Shown piece by piece: positions 28,341 through 36,881 of a stretch of 64,000 nucleotides of DNA. The first letter of the stretch is position 1. The number at the start of each line of letters is the position of its first letter. Position numbers and translations under genes: made by a program. The notes under the pieces were generated by a model. It saw only the letters and a list, made by a program, of their open reading frames with translations, had not been told where the DNA came from and ran no database searches. Origin of the DNA: a virus; the IMG/VR virus record IMGVR_UViG_3300035696_000012, positions 32,001-96,000 of that record. One strand, 5' to 3'.

Positions 28341-28583
28341 TCAGATTTCTTTTTTATAAAACTTGAACTTAGCCGCTTGTGCTTCACGCTGTGTTTTCTG
28401 TTCTTCTGTTTCCACTATTGGCTCAAATGGCATATCAGGATGAATATTAGTTTTATTTTTATTTGTCAATGTGTGGTATATTGCATAATATATTACTATT
28501 GGTATAATAATAGGAAGAAATATTATATAAAATAATGCAACGAAAAATAGTTCTATTTTCAGTCGATCATAATCGCCTATCAT
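28341..28583 (-). CDS. Small single-TM membrane protein (paralogue of 28585..28842)
   Basis: Probable ATG 28583 (MIGDYDRL), 1 nt after upstream stop; TM LFFVALFYIIFLPIIIPIVIYY; EPIVETEEQK; basic tail. Confidence 0.65.
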   Translation of the reverse strand: MIGDYDRLKIELFFVALFYIIFLPIIIPIVIYYAIYHTLTNKNKTNIHPDMPFEPIVETEEQKTQREAQAAKFKFYKKEI

Positions 28584-28584
28584 C

Positions 28585-28842
28585 TTATTTCCGTTGGTCT
28601 TTACGGAACCTGAACTTAGATGTATATGTTTCACGCTTTGCCTTTTGCTCTTCGGTCTCCGGTATTGGCTCGGGCGGTACATATGGCTTTTCTGTCAATG
28701 CTTTATATATTGATATAGGAATGGTTATTGGAGCAAATAATACATACAACCCCACTCCAACAAGCACTAATTTACCAAATGAACTATATAAATCATGTCC
28801 ATCATCTATCCATTCCCACATTTTATCTATCGGATTTTTCAT
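28585..28842 (-). CDS. Small single-TM membrane protein
   Basis: TM LVLVGVGLYVLFAPITIPISIY; EPIPETEEQK; basic tail KFRFRKDQRK. Confidence 0.7.
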   Translation of the reverse strand: MKNPIDKMWEWIDDGHDLYSSFGKLVLVGVGLYVLFAPITIPISIYKALTEKPYVPPEPIPETEEQKAKRETYTSKFRFRKDQRK

Positions 28843-29252
28843 TTTAATATCAACATAGCTTCTATTTTTTCAATAGTCTGCTTATCATCCCATCTATTAT
28901 TGAATGCTTTTATAAGATCTTCGCATATCTTTCTGTGATCTACGAATCCCTCAATTATCCTCATTAGCTCTTTTTTTTCTTTTGATTTTTTATCATCATC
29001 TATTCTAATGGCGATATGACATTTTGGGCAATTATATATTTTTTCTACTGGCGGGGATGCGTAATTAACGGTTCCAGATCCGCTAGTAACTAAATACTGT
29101 CCTGATATCGTTGAGATTGGATTAGGGATATACATTCCTATATTCGATTGAGCAGCAGCCGATCCAAATGTGTTTCCACCGCTTAGATCACCGTCGTATT
29201 CTTTTGTTGAATCCGTTTCTATTAGTTTATATGAACATTGAGGGCAAAACAT
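28839..29252 (-). CDS. Hypothetical protein with split zinc finger
   Basis: CPQC at N-terminus and CPKC ~70 aa later, separated by a Gly/Ser-rich loop; ends EAMLILK. Confidence 0.65.
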   Translation of the reverse strand: MFCPQCSYKLIETDSTKEYDGDLSGGNTFGSAAAQSNIGMYIPNPISTISGQYLVTSGSGTVNYASPPVEKIYNCPKCHIAIRIDDDKKSKEKKELMRIIEGFVDHRKICEDLIKAFNNRWDDKQTIEKIEAMLILK

Positions 29253-30346
29253 TATATATGCAACACATTCTTTGCAAAATTGACAATGAGGTTTAGAACG
29301 CTATTCCAAAAATTAGGAGGTAATGTTGGGTGAGGAGGTCGTGCAGGCGACGGCGCAACTGCATCAGGGATTGGCGCTGGATTGACTGGATGAATAGGAT
29401 CCGGTGCTGCTACGACTGCTGGCAACGGCGCTACTACTGGTGTGATTGATGCCACTGCGGCTTGTAGAACTGTCTTTGTTGCTGAGCCGGGAATACCGTC
29501 AGCTGTAAGTCCGTGTGATGCTTGGAATGCTTCGATGGCTGCTATGGTTTTCGGTCCATTATTACCGTCTTCTGTTAGTGGCGTTCCTGCTCCTCCGAGG
29601 AGGTTTAATGCGTGCTGAACGTCGAGCATTGTATTGAGAGGTGTGCCGGGTGGTGGAGGTGGCGTTTGCGGCGCCGTATTGACCGTAGGAACGCTTGTTC
29701 CAGTCATTCTGGGGGTTTGTACGCCCCATAGGCTGAGGTCAATTGCAAGGTCGGTATCGACATTTACGCCATTTGGAAGCTTTGCTGTTCCACCGCTGTT
29801 TTGCCATAATACATATGAGTTCCAAGGCTTTGGAATCATTGGACTATTTGCTTGATATGAGGCAATCCATAATGGATAGTCTGCAAATTGTGCAGGGTTT
29901 CCGATAGTTTGCATAAAATTAGGATATGTGTAAATTGGTATTTTTTTACCGCTGAGTCGCTCGTATTCTTGAAGATATGTCAATGTCCATTCAACAATTT
30001 GATTTGCTGAGCACCCCCATTTTTTCCAATCATTTTCAACGGGCCATTCTAAATCTAAGCTCGCTAACTCGCCAGCAGCAGCTTTAAAATGAAGCTGTGC
30101 TTGAACCACTGGATCGCGCGTTGGCTGCGAAGCCAACGGCGGTAATGGGAACGCAAAATTATATGCCATTGGCAACATTCCTGCATTTTTTGTTCCTGCT
30201 ATATTTTTAGTGTAATTTATGTCTGTTCCACTATTGCCAACGGCGCATCTACTAATTATGAACTTTGTTCCTTGTTGTGCAAGGAGATCAAATTGCACCG
30301 TGCCTTGTATAACTGAAATATCGTAGCCCTTATAAAAATTAGTCAT
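29252..30346 (-). CDS. GH25 muramidase endolysin with PG_binding_1 domain
   Basis: GYDIS..QG, AYNF, LDLEW (DxE), IYTY, YPLWIASY, LWQ, VDTD; then VQHALN.LG....DG..GP.T.AAI.AFQ..HGL..DGI.G..T. Confidence 0.9.
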   Translation of the reverse strand: MTNFYKGYDISVIQGTVQFDLLAQQGTKFIISRCAVGNSGTDINYTKNIAGTKNAGMLPMAYNFAFPLPPLASQPTRDPVVQAQLHFKAAAGELASLDLEWPVENDWKKWGCSANQIVEWTLTYLQEYERLSGKKIPIYTYPNFMQTIGNPAQFADYPLWIASYQANSPMIPKPWNSYVLWQNSGGTAKLPNGVNVDTDLAIDLSLWGVQTPRMTGTSVPTVNTAPQTPPPPPGTPLNTMLDVQHALNLLGGAGTPLTEDGNNGPKTIAAIEAFQASHGLTADGIPGSATKTVLQAAVASITPVVAPLPAVVAAPDPIHPVNPAPIPDAVAPSPARPPHPTLPPNFWNSVLNLIVNFAKNVLHI

Positions 30347-31177
30347 TTATTGCTTTCCTTTATTTGTAATGTTTTTCCACGCTTTATCAGTTTTAATTAA
30401 TCTAATCATACTAATTGTCATATTATATTCTTTTGCAATATCTTCATATTCTCTGGTATCGATATATATGGAAATAACCTGCTGTTTTGTTAGTCTGGGT
30501 TTGGGTTTATAACTTTTACCAGTTAAATATGACCAAGTTTTACCTTTCTTAATATCTGAAACGGTTGTTTGATCTATATTATATTCTTTTGCTATATCTA
30601 TTTGAATTCTTCGATCATTAAAGATTGTCAAAACTTGTTCCGAGGTCAATGTTGCATTGATACCCTCACACCCAATAATTATATTATTTTTCCATTCATC
30701 ACTAATATGTTTATTGTATAGTGGATGTTTATCACCTATTTTGGAATTAGATATTTTTATCTTTGATTCCTCTGTATGTTTTTTGCCCATATTGGCTTTA
30801 GATATTTTTTCTCTAGTTTCTAATGATATAACATTACCTTTTAATGACGCTGATATTTTTGCTTTTATTTCTTCTGTTAATTTTCCGTTACTGCCACCAC
30901 GCTTAATATTGTATCCTTTTTCTGGATTAGTACTATCGTACTTATCAATATAAAAATCTTCCAGTATATTAGCTTGGGCTTGTGTAAAAGCAAAATCTAA
31001 ATTAATATAATAGAAATTATCCTTACCGTATTTTTCTATAGCATTATTTATATAAATACATCCTTTATATCCACCACCGCCATGCCATCTTCTATTTGTA
31101 GAATCCCATGTTTGCCCAACATACACTTTGTCATTGACACTGTTTTTAATCAAATAAATAATACAACAATCTACCAT
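30347..31177 (-). CDS. GIY-YIG homing endonuclease with NUMOD3 and HTH repeats
   Basis: IIYLIKN.VN.KVYVGQT, NAI.KYGK.NF, HTEESK.KIS (NUMOD3), two LT..QV..I...IAKEYN HTH units; start uncertain (31177 or 31216). Confidence 0.88.
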   Translation of the reverse strand: MVDCCIIYLIKNSVNDKVYVGQTWDSTNRRWHGGGGYKGCIYINNAIEKYGKDNFYYINLDFAFTQAQANILEDFYIDKYDSTNPEKGYNIKRGGSNGKLTEEIKAKISASLKGNVISLETREKISKANMGKKHTEESKIKISNSKIGDKHPLYNKHISDEWKNNIIIGCEGINATLTSEQVLTIFNDRRIQIDIAKEYNIDQTTVSDIKKGKTWSYLTGKSYKPKPRLTKQQVISIYIDTREYEDIAKEYNMTISMIRLIKTDKAWKNITNKGKQ

Positions 31178-31205
31178 TATAATACCAAGTTTACATTCTA
31201 ATATC

Positions 31206-31409
31206 TTAGATTCCAACTTTCGCTACGTTTCGTTTTTCTATCATAGCTATTTGTGATTTTGCTATTCGTTTTTCTGACGCTCCACGATCTATACTAATAT
31301 AATCATGTTTATCCACACAACTGGTTATTTCTCCGTGTACCTTTTCTCCAGTACATAAGGTTATAGTTATTGGCATACCCATATAAGCTGAATAATACAT
31401 ATTTGTCAT
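31206..31409 (-). CDS. Small Sm/LSm/Hfq-fold-like protein
   Basis: 67 aa; PITITLCTGEKVHGEI...D (Sm1-like) and RIAKSQIAMI (Sm2-like, cf. Hfq VYKHAISTV); AGGAG RBS. Confidence 0.6.
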   Translation of the reverse strand: MTNMYYSAYMGMPITITLCTGEKVHGEITSCVDKHDYISIDRGASEKRIAKSQIAMIEKRNVAKVGI

Positions 31410-31420
31410 GTTAATTTCTC

Positions 31421-31585
31421 CTATTTGATGTTATTTTTATCTAATGTTTTAATAATCTCATTAATACTTAACTGATCTTGTCTAGACCAATTACCCAACT
31501 TAGAAATGATATGAAATATTTCACGCATTAAAACCTTAACATTTTCATCTTCAATTTTATTGATTATTTCTTGTATTTGATCCAT
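31421..31585 (-). CDS. Small hypothetical protein (54 aa, not in ORF track)
   Basis: MDQIQEIINKIEDENVKVLMREIFHIISKLGNWSRQDQLSINEIIKTLDKNNIK; fills the gap between tubulin and Sm-like genes. Confidence 0.7.
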   Translation of the reverse strand: MDQIQEIINKIEDENVKVLMREIFHIISKLGNWSRQDQLSINEIIKTLDKNNIK

Positions 31586-31591
31586 TTTATT

Positions 31592-33004
31592 TTACTTCCT
31601 TCTATCCGTAACCGTGCTACTAACGAACTTCCCGAATGTGCTGCTCTTACCAGCAACCTTATCCTTGATTTTCTGAACATCGCTAATTGTTGTATTCTTA
31701 CCGCTGTGCAATGCAACATTTAGATTCCTTGCAGCGCCCTTATCTGCAACAACTGCCGATAGGCTCTTGATTTCTTCTGTCAATTGATTTGTTCGTTCTT
31801 GTGGAATACCAAGTCCTGAAAAGAACGAATATACACGAACAATATTTTCCGGATCATCTGTTTCATAGATACCACGATAGATTGCATCTGGCGTTCCACA
31901 TTGCTCTGTTAGCAATGCGTTAGCATAATTGATTGCTACTGCTGGAATATCTTTCCATACGGTTTTATTTGCGCTAACAATAAATCCAACATACTTACTT
32001 TCTTTAATATTGAATCCACTTGCCAAAAGATTGTTATTCATATTAGAAATGATTGCCTCAGCAATACTTGTTTCATCTGTATAATTTTCCACAACCATAG
32101 AACCATATGTAGAAAATCCTTCACCATCTAATAGTATTTTTAGATACTCTACGCTATCGATTGCTTTTACACTGGAAGGCATAGAACTCAATGTATTGAA
32201 AATGTCAATTGGCTCAACGATTGCTTTGTTTGCAACATTGAAAAAATCCATTTGACCAATGTTATGATAGATAGATTCTATTCTTGCATTATCTACCAAT
32301 ATGATATTGGCTACTTTCTTTGTCTGCAACTCTTTTGATAGTTTAGAAAGAACTTCCATTGAGTTAGACTTTGATTTTAGATCTTCTGTATGCATTGGAA
32401 GAATACCAATAATTACAATTGGCTTACCAAGCTCCGTAAGAATATCAACCAACACTTCACAAGAACCTGCTCCTGAACCACCACCAAGCGAGGAACATAG
32501 AATGAATATTTGTGCGTCTGCTAATTGACGACTAACTAAATCTTTTATAGCATCTCTATTTACTTCTGCCGCGTTTTTACCTATCTCCAATGTCTTAGCA
32601 GCCCCACCTAATGAGTATTCCAATAATAGCTTATTACTCTCTGGTATATCAATGAACTTTAAGTCATTTTGTGCTGTGTTTATTGCAACGCAGTCATATC
32701 CATATGTGCGAAATTGCTGGGCTAATTTGCTTCCTGCTTGTCCTGATCCAATAACTCCAAAATTAATAGATCGTTCCTTTTTCACTGGCTTTACACTCAT
32801 TGGTTCCTCTTGTTTTACTATATCAATATCCTTTGTTTTTTCTGCTAATTTTGCTTTTAATTTTGCAAGTTTTTCTTGATCGATATCCATTGTTGGCTGT
32901 TCATTTGTTATATCATCCACAATAGTTTCTCCTACTAGATTTAATCTCGTTGTTTGTGCAGACATTTTGGTTTTTCCTTTTTCGCTTATGAATCCACTGC
33001 TCAT
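31592..33004 (-). CDS. Tubulin/FtsZ-family GTPase (PhuZ/TubZ-like)
   Basis: GVIGSGQAGSKL, AINTA..D, SLGGAAK, signature SLGGGSGAG, ILP..E, VDN, T7-like IDSVE; ~78-aa N-terminal extension; AAGGA RBS. Confidence 0.9.
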   Translation of the reverse strand: MSSGFISEKGKTKMSAQTTRLNLVGETIVDDITNEQPTMDIDQEKLAKLKAKLAEKTKDIDIVKQEEPMSVKPVKKERSINFGVIGSGQAGSKLAQQFRTYGYDCVAINTAQNDLKFIDIPESNKLLLEYSLGGAAKTLEIGKNAAEVNRDAIKDLVSRQLADAQIFILCSSLGGGSGAGSCEVLVDILTELGKPIVIIGILPMHTEDLKSKSNSMEVLSKLSKELQTKKVANIILVDNARIESIYHNIGQMDFFNVANKAIVEPIDIFNTLSSMPSSVKAIDSVEYLKILLDGEGFSTYGSMVVENYTDETSIAEAIISNMNNNLLASGFNIKESKYVGFIVSANKTVWKDIPAVAINYANALLTEQCGTPDAIYRGIYETDDPENIVRVYSFFSGLGIPQERTNQLTEEIKSLSAVVADKGAARNLNVALHSGKNTTISDVQKIKDKVAGKSSTFGKFVSSTVTDRRK

Positions 33005-33031
33005 AATTTAGTTCCTTAATATTTATAGCCA

Positions 33032-33045
33032 ATATGGCAAAATTA
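33032..33045 (-). promoter_or_regulatory. Candidate late promoter (TAAT-N8-AT)
   Basis: Minus strand aaTAATtttgccatATtgg; 27 nt before tubulin ATG. Confidence 0.35.
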
Positions 33046-33048
33046 TTT

Positions 33049-34011
33049 TTAATTTATGAACCACGGATTATTTTTATACCATTGAACCGTCGTGGCAATA
33101 CCATCTTTAAATTTTACCTTTGGTTTCCAATTTAGTTCATTTTTGATTTTATCGCAATTGACTGAATAACGGAAGTCGTGCCCATTGCCGCGAGGGTCTG
33201 TAATGTGCTCAACTAAATTATGACCGGTGCCCATAGCATTACATACTTCTTGCACAACCTCTATATTAGAATATTCTTGATTTGATGATATGTTATATAT
33301 TGTATTTAGTTTATCAGATCCTAATATAGCTAACAATGCATCACAATTATCATCGACAAATGTCCATTCACGAAGAAATGAGCCATTACCATATACCGGT
33401 ATCTTTTGATTATTCATAATTGATTTTATGATGACCGGGATTAGTTTTTCGGATTGACGTGGGCCATAATTGTTTGATGCGCGAGTAATTACATATGGAA
33501 GTTCGAATGAGTTATTCGCTGCTTTGATTACTAACTCTCCTGATGCTTTTGAGGCGCTATATGGATTTTTAGGATCTAATGGCGCTTCTTCTGTCCAAGG
33601 AAGATCATTTGGTGATTTCAACGCACCCATAACTTCGTCTGTGGATGTATATATTAATTTATTTACTTTATACTTTATACAAGCATTTACAATTATCTGT
33701 GTTCCAAGAACATTAGAACGAATGAACTCATTTGGATTTTTTAGTGAGTCATCGACGAAACTGCAAGCAGCGGCGTGAAGAACGATTTCAGGTTTGACAT
33801 ACTCAAATATTCTATCGACAATATGCTCATCACATATATCTGCAAGATAGAATGAATGATTTTTATTTTGATATACTGTATTGAGTAATGTAGATTTAGA
33901 TATTCTATCTATGCTGGATATATCGTATTGAGCTTTATCATAAATTGCCTTACGAATAAAATTGGACATTATGAATCCGCAAGAACCTGTTATGAGCAAT
34001 CGTTGTTTCAT
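33049..34011 (-). CDS. rfbB: dTDP-glucose 4,6-dehydratase-like extended SDR
   Basis: LITGSCGFI.SNF, H.AA.S.VD.S, STDEV, P.NPYSASKAS, NNYGPRQ, EKLIP, YG.G...REW..V.D, GHDFRY. Confidence 0.9.
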   Translation of the reverse strand: MKQRLLITGSCGFIMSNFIRKAIYDKAQYDISSIDRISKSTLLNTVYQNKNHSFYLADICDEHIVDRIFEYVKPEIVLHAAACSFVDDSLKNPNEFIRSNVLGTQIIVNACIKYKVNKLIYTSTDEVMGALKSPNDLPWTEEAPLDPKNPYSASKASGELVIKAANNSFELPYVITRASNNYGPRQSEKLIPVIIKSIMNNQKIPVYGNGSFLREWTFVDDNCDALLAILGSDKLNTIYNISSNQEYSNIEVVQEVCNAMGTGHNLVEHITDPRGNGHDFRYSVNCDKIKNELNWKPKVKFKDGIATTVQWYKNNPWFIN

Positions 34012-34316
34012 TACTTACCTGTTTGTTTTTGCCATTTGGCAATGGCTATTGTGAATAATTTTGCTATTTTTATACTGCTACCTTCAAAAAATGCATATAA
34101 GTCATTAGCCTCCACTTGATAGAATGGAAGATCTCTAATATGATTCCATATGGCAAGATTATATCCGGCACGGAACGCACCTACTGAATCACTGCCGGTT
34201 TCGTCATAATAACTTGCATTCTTTTTTAGAAACGCATCAACATATGACATATCACATTCCATTAATTGTTCCATCAATGAATTGAGTTTTTTAGATTTTA
34301 ATATTTTGTATGACAT
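34011..34316 (-). CDS. Hypothetical protein
   Basis: 101 aa, TAATG couplings on both sides. Confidence 0.65.
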   Translation of the reverse strand: MSYKILKSKKLNSLMEQLMECDMSYVDAFLKKNASYYDETGSDSVGAFRAGYNLAIWNHIRDLPFYQVEANDLYAFFEGSSIKIAKLFTIAIAKWQKQTGK

Positions 34317-35155
34317 TATTTTTTACACCTATATAAATTGTAATTTGGATTACTAACATATAACTGATGATCTTCTTTTATCACATTGCCCCATTTTTTA
34401 CGGAATAGATTTACATTATGTTGCATAAAAAGACGATTTGTTTTTGTTTGTTTTAATGTTGCAGATTCTTCGTGAAAGATATTTGTTTCTCCGCAATATA
34501 CAACTTTTTTATTCATATTAAATTTGATTGCTAAATTAAGATCTATATCATCAAAACACCAAATAAATTGTTCATCGAATCCGTTTAATCCACTCTTATT
34601 TGTCCTACATACATTTTCATATAACCCAGCACGAACTAAAAGAACTGCTCCTGTGCAAGCAGCGAACTCACGATTCTTCCGTGCGTTAGCATCTTCCATC
34701 TCACCTAACCTATAATGCCAAGGAAGCATGTCTTTATTACGATCCCATTCTATACCAGCGTGTTGAAGTTTTCTTGTATCGGTATAATTTAGTTTTGCGC
34801 CAACAACACCTACATCATCGTCATTATCCATAATTTTCATCATATTTTTGATTGATGAAAAATCATTGAAAATGATATCATTGTTTAGTAATAGAATGTA
34901 ATCACTTTCTTTTGGTGATGCTTCCTTGAATAAAACATTACATCCTTGGGCGAAGTTTTGTAAATTATCTTTCCATTGTATTGGAACTATGTTAGGATTA
35001 TTCAATCCATTTAGATATTCTACCGAACCATCATTAGAACCGTTTTCTTTTACTAACCATTTGTAATCAATGTTATTTAGTGATTTGATTAGTGTTGGAG
35101 CAAGTTTTTCTAATTTAGATTTACCGTTCCAAGTAAGTGTCAATATATATAACAT
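34316..35155 (-). CDS. Glycosyltransferase family 2 (WbbL-like)
   Basis: TWNG, ENGSNDGS, NFAQGCN, LLLNNDI, VGVVGAKL, TGAVLL, GFDE.F...FDDIDL. Confidence 0.88.
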   Translation of the reverse strand: MLYILTLTWNGKSKLEKLAPTLIKSLNNIDYKWLVKENGSNDGSVEYLNGLNNPNIVPIQWKDNLQNFAQGCNVLFKEASPKESDYILLLNNDIIFNDFSSIKNMMKIMDNDDDVGVVGAKLNYTDTRKLQHAGIEWDRNKDMLPWHYRLGEMEDANARKNREFAACTGAVLLVRAGLYENVCRTNKSGLNGFDEQFIWCFDDIDLNLAIKFNMNKKVVYCGETNIFHEESATLKQTKTNRLFMQHNVNLFRKKWGNVIKEDHQLYVSNPNYNLYRCKK

Positions 35156-36169
35156 TTAGAACCCTACGCTGATATTTGCACCACCGAATATATGACCGCT
35201 TGTATCCATTTGAAATGATGGGCCTATGTATGTATTATCAACTATACCTTTTGGTAAGATACCACTAATGTTGAATGAAACTGGATTTAATATTCCCGAT
35301 ACTTTTTGTGTTCCAGTTTGATATCCAACGCCTAATTGTAAAACCGATATTGCTGGTGATACTTTTGTTGTACCATAACTCATTATGCCTAATGTTAGAC
35401 CAACGTCAGCTGAGCCACCAATTTTGCTCAGATTGACGCTCGCACCGCCTGTTCCAAAAAGACGAGGATTCCAAAATGAGAACGATGGCGCAGGATATGT
35501 TTCCTCGAACTTACCAGTACTAACATTTATTGGAACCGTTTTACCATTTGATGTTATTTGCATTGTATTATACACAACGTGCTTACCATCTGTTGTTGTC
35601 CCAAGTACGCTATTGACCGAATATGTTCGTGGATAGATATCTTCGCTCCATGGTGTCTTAGAACTAGCATCGAATGACACATTACCTACGGGGACTGTTG
35701 CCCCAGTAAATTGTTCATTTAATTCTAAATGCTGGACATTACTCATATAACCAAATGGATCTGCATTAGTACAAGGTATTTGTGTTCCATTGCAATTTAC
35801 TATTGGAACTGTTGATGGATGAGTGTCCGGTGTGGTGCTCGTTGAGCCAATATTAGTTTCGATCGTTCCACCGCTATTAACTGATACGTGATTGATACCA
35901 GTGATCACGGCTCCAAGCGTGCTCAGATCTTTGTTTATGGTATTAAGATTTATATCATTTTGTTTTGCAAAATTATTCAGATCGTCTTTGGAAACGTAAG
36001 AACTTTGTGATCGGACTATTTGATCTGCTAATTGTTTTTGTGCAATTACGGACTGATTAATTGCCGTTTGCATATTATGCATTTCAATTTGTTGGTAAAT
36101 AATAAACCCCATTGCGCTAATTACAAGCACACCAGCAATTATTAAAATTATCTTTGTTATTAAATTCAT
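35156..36169 (-). CDS. Membrane-anchored protein with beta-rich C-terminus ending in Phe
   Basis: Probable ATG 36169 after AAGGAAG; TM IILIIAGVLVISAMGFIIY; Q-rich coil; alternating beta-strands ending GGANISVGF. Confidence 0.7.
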   Translation of the reverse strand: MNLITKIILIIAGVLVISAMGFIIYQQIEMHNMQTAINQSVIAQKQLADQIVRSQSSYVSKDDLNNFAKQNDINLNTINKDLSTLGAVITGINHVSVNSGGTIETNIGSTSTTPDTHPSTVPIVNCNGTQIPCTNADPFGYMSNVQHLELNEQFTGATVPVGNVSFDASSKTPWSEDIYPRTYSVNSVLGTTTDGKHVVYNTMQITSNGKTVPINVSTGKFEETYPAPSFSFWNPRLFGTGGASVNLSKIGGSADVGLTLGIMSYGTTKVSPAISVLQLGVGYQTGTQKVSGILNPVSFNISGILPKGIVDNTYIGPSFQMDTSGHIFGGANISVGF

Positions 36170-36207
36170 TTTACTTCCTTTACAATCAATGTAATGATGC
36201 AAATAAT

Positions 36208-36879
36208 TTACGCAGCCCAGTCTTTAAGAAATATTTTTCTACCATCATTATAATATTTATTTATTTTTGCTTGATGGGTTGAAATCTTACCAAAATGACT
36301 CACTGGTACCGGCACTACCTTAAATGGTATCCCGAGTTTCCTTGCACGAAAACTTAGATCTGCATCATTAAAATACATAGGATATTTTTCATTCCATATT
36401 TGACCATCACCAAGGTCTAGTTTATTCCAGTTTTCTTTTGATGATCCAATACACCATCCTGATACATATGAATTACCATTTAAAAACATGTTTGCTTCTC
36501 TTAGGAAATTTAATTTATTATCCAATTGACCCATTGTTGGCCCAACAATGCCATCACTACAACTCTTTATGATTAGGTTAGTCCAAATACGCTTATCACC
36601 ATTAATACGAATATCATTATTTAAAAATAACACGTTGTTTCCTCTCGATGCTTTATAACCTATATTACATCCTTTGGAATGAAAATAGTTTTCATTATTT
36701 CTAATATAGACAAATCTTGAATCTGTTATTTTTAACAACTCTTTTTGGGTATTATCTGTCGATGCATTATCAACAATAACTATTTCATTATTTTCATGCA
36801 AAAATAACAAATCTTTAATACAAGATTTTGTATAGTTATATTTATTATATACACATATTACAATACTTAAATCAAACAT
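36208..36879 (-). CDS. Glycosyltransferase family 2
   Basis: SIVICVYN, IVIVDNASTD, KGCN.G, LFLNNDI, SGWC, YFNDADLS.RA. Confidence 0.88.
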   Translation of the reverse strand: MFDLSIVICVYNKYNYTKSCIKDLLFLHENNEIVIVDNASTDNTQKELLKITDSRFVYIRNNENYFHSKGCNIGYKASRGNNVLFLNNDIRINGDKRIWTNLIIKSCSDGIVGPTMGQLDNKLNFLREANMFLNGNSYVSGWCIGSSKENWNKLDLGDGQIWNEKYPMYFNDADLSFRARKLGIPFKVVPVPVSHFGKISTHQAKINKYYNDGRKIFLKDWAA

Positions 36880-36881
36880 AA

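Noticed and set aside
29252-29720. High-GC patch as evidence of recent horizontal transfer
   Set aside because: It coincides with the Pro/Ala-rich linker and PG-binding region; amino-acid composition largely explains it.
31592-33004. Concluding that this is a nucleus-forming phage
   Set aside because: Tubulin alone is insufficient; no chimallin or multisubunit phage RNAP is recognisable here, and a sigma-70 factor points to use of host RNAP.
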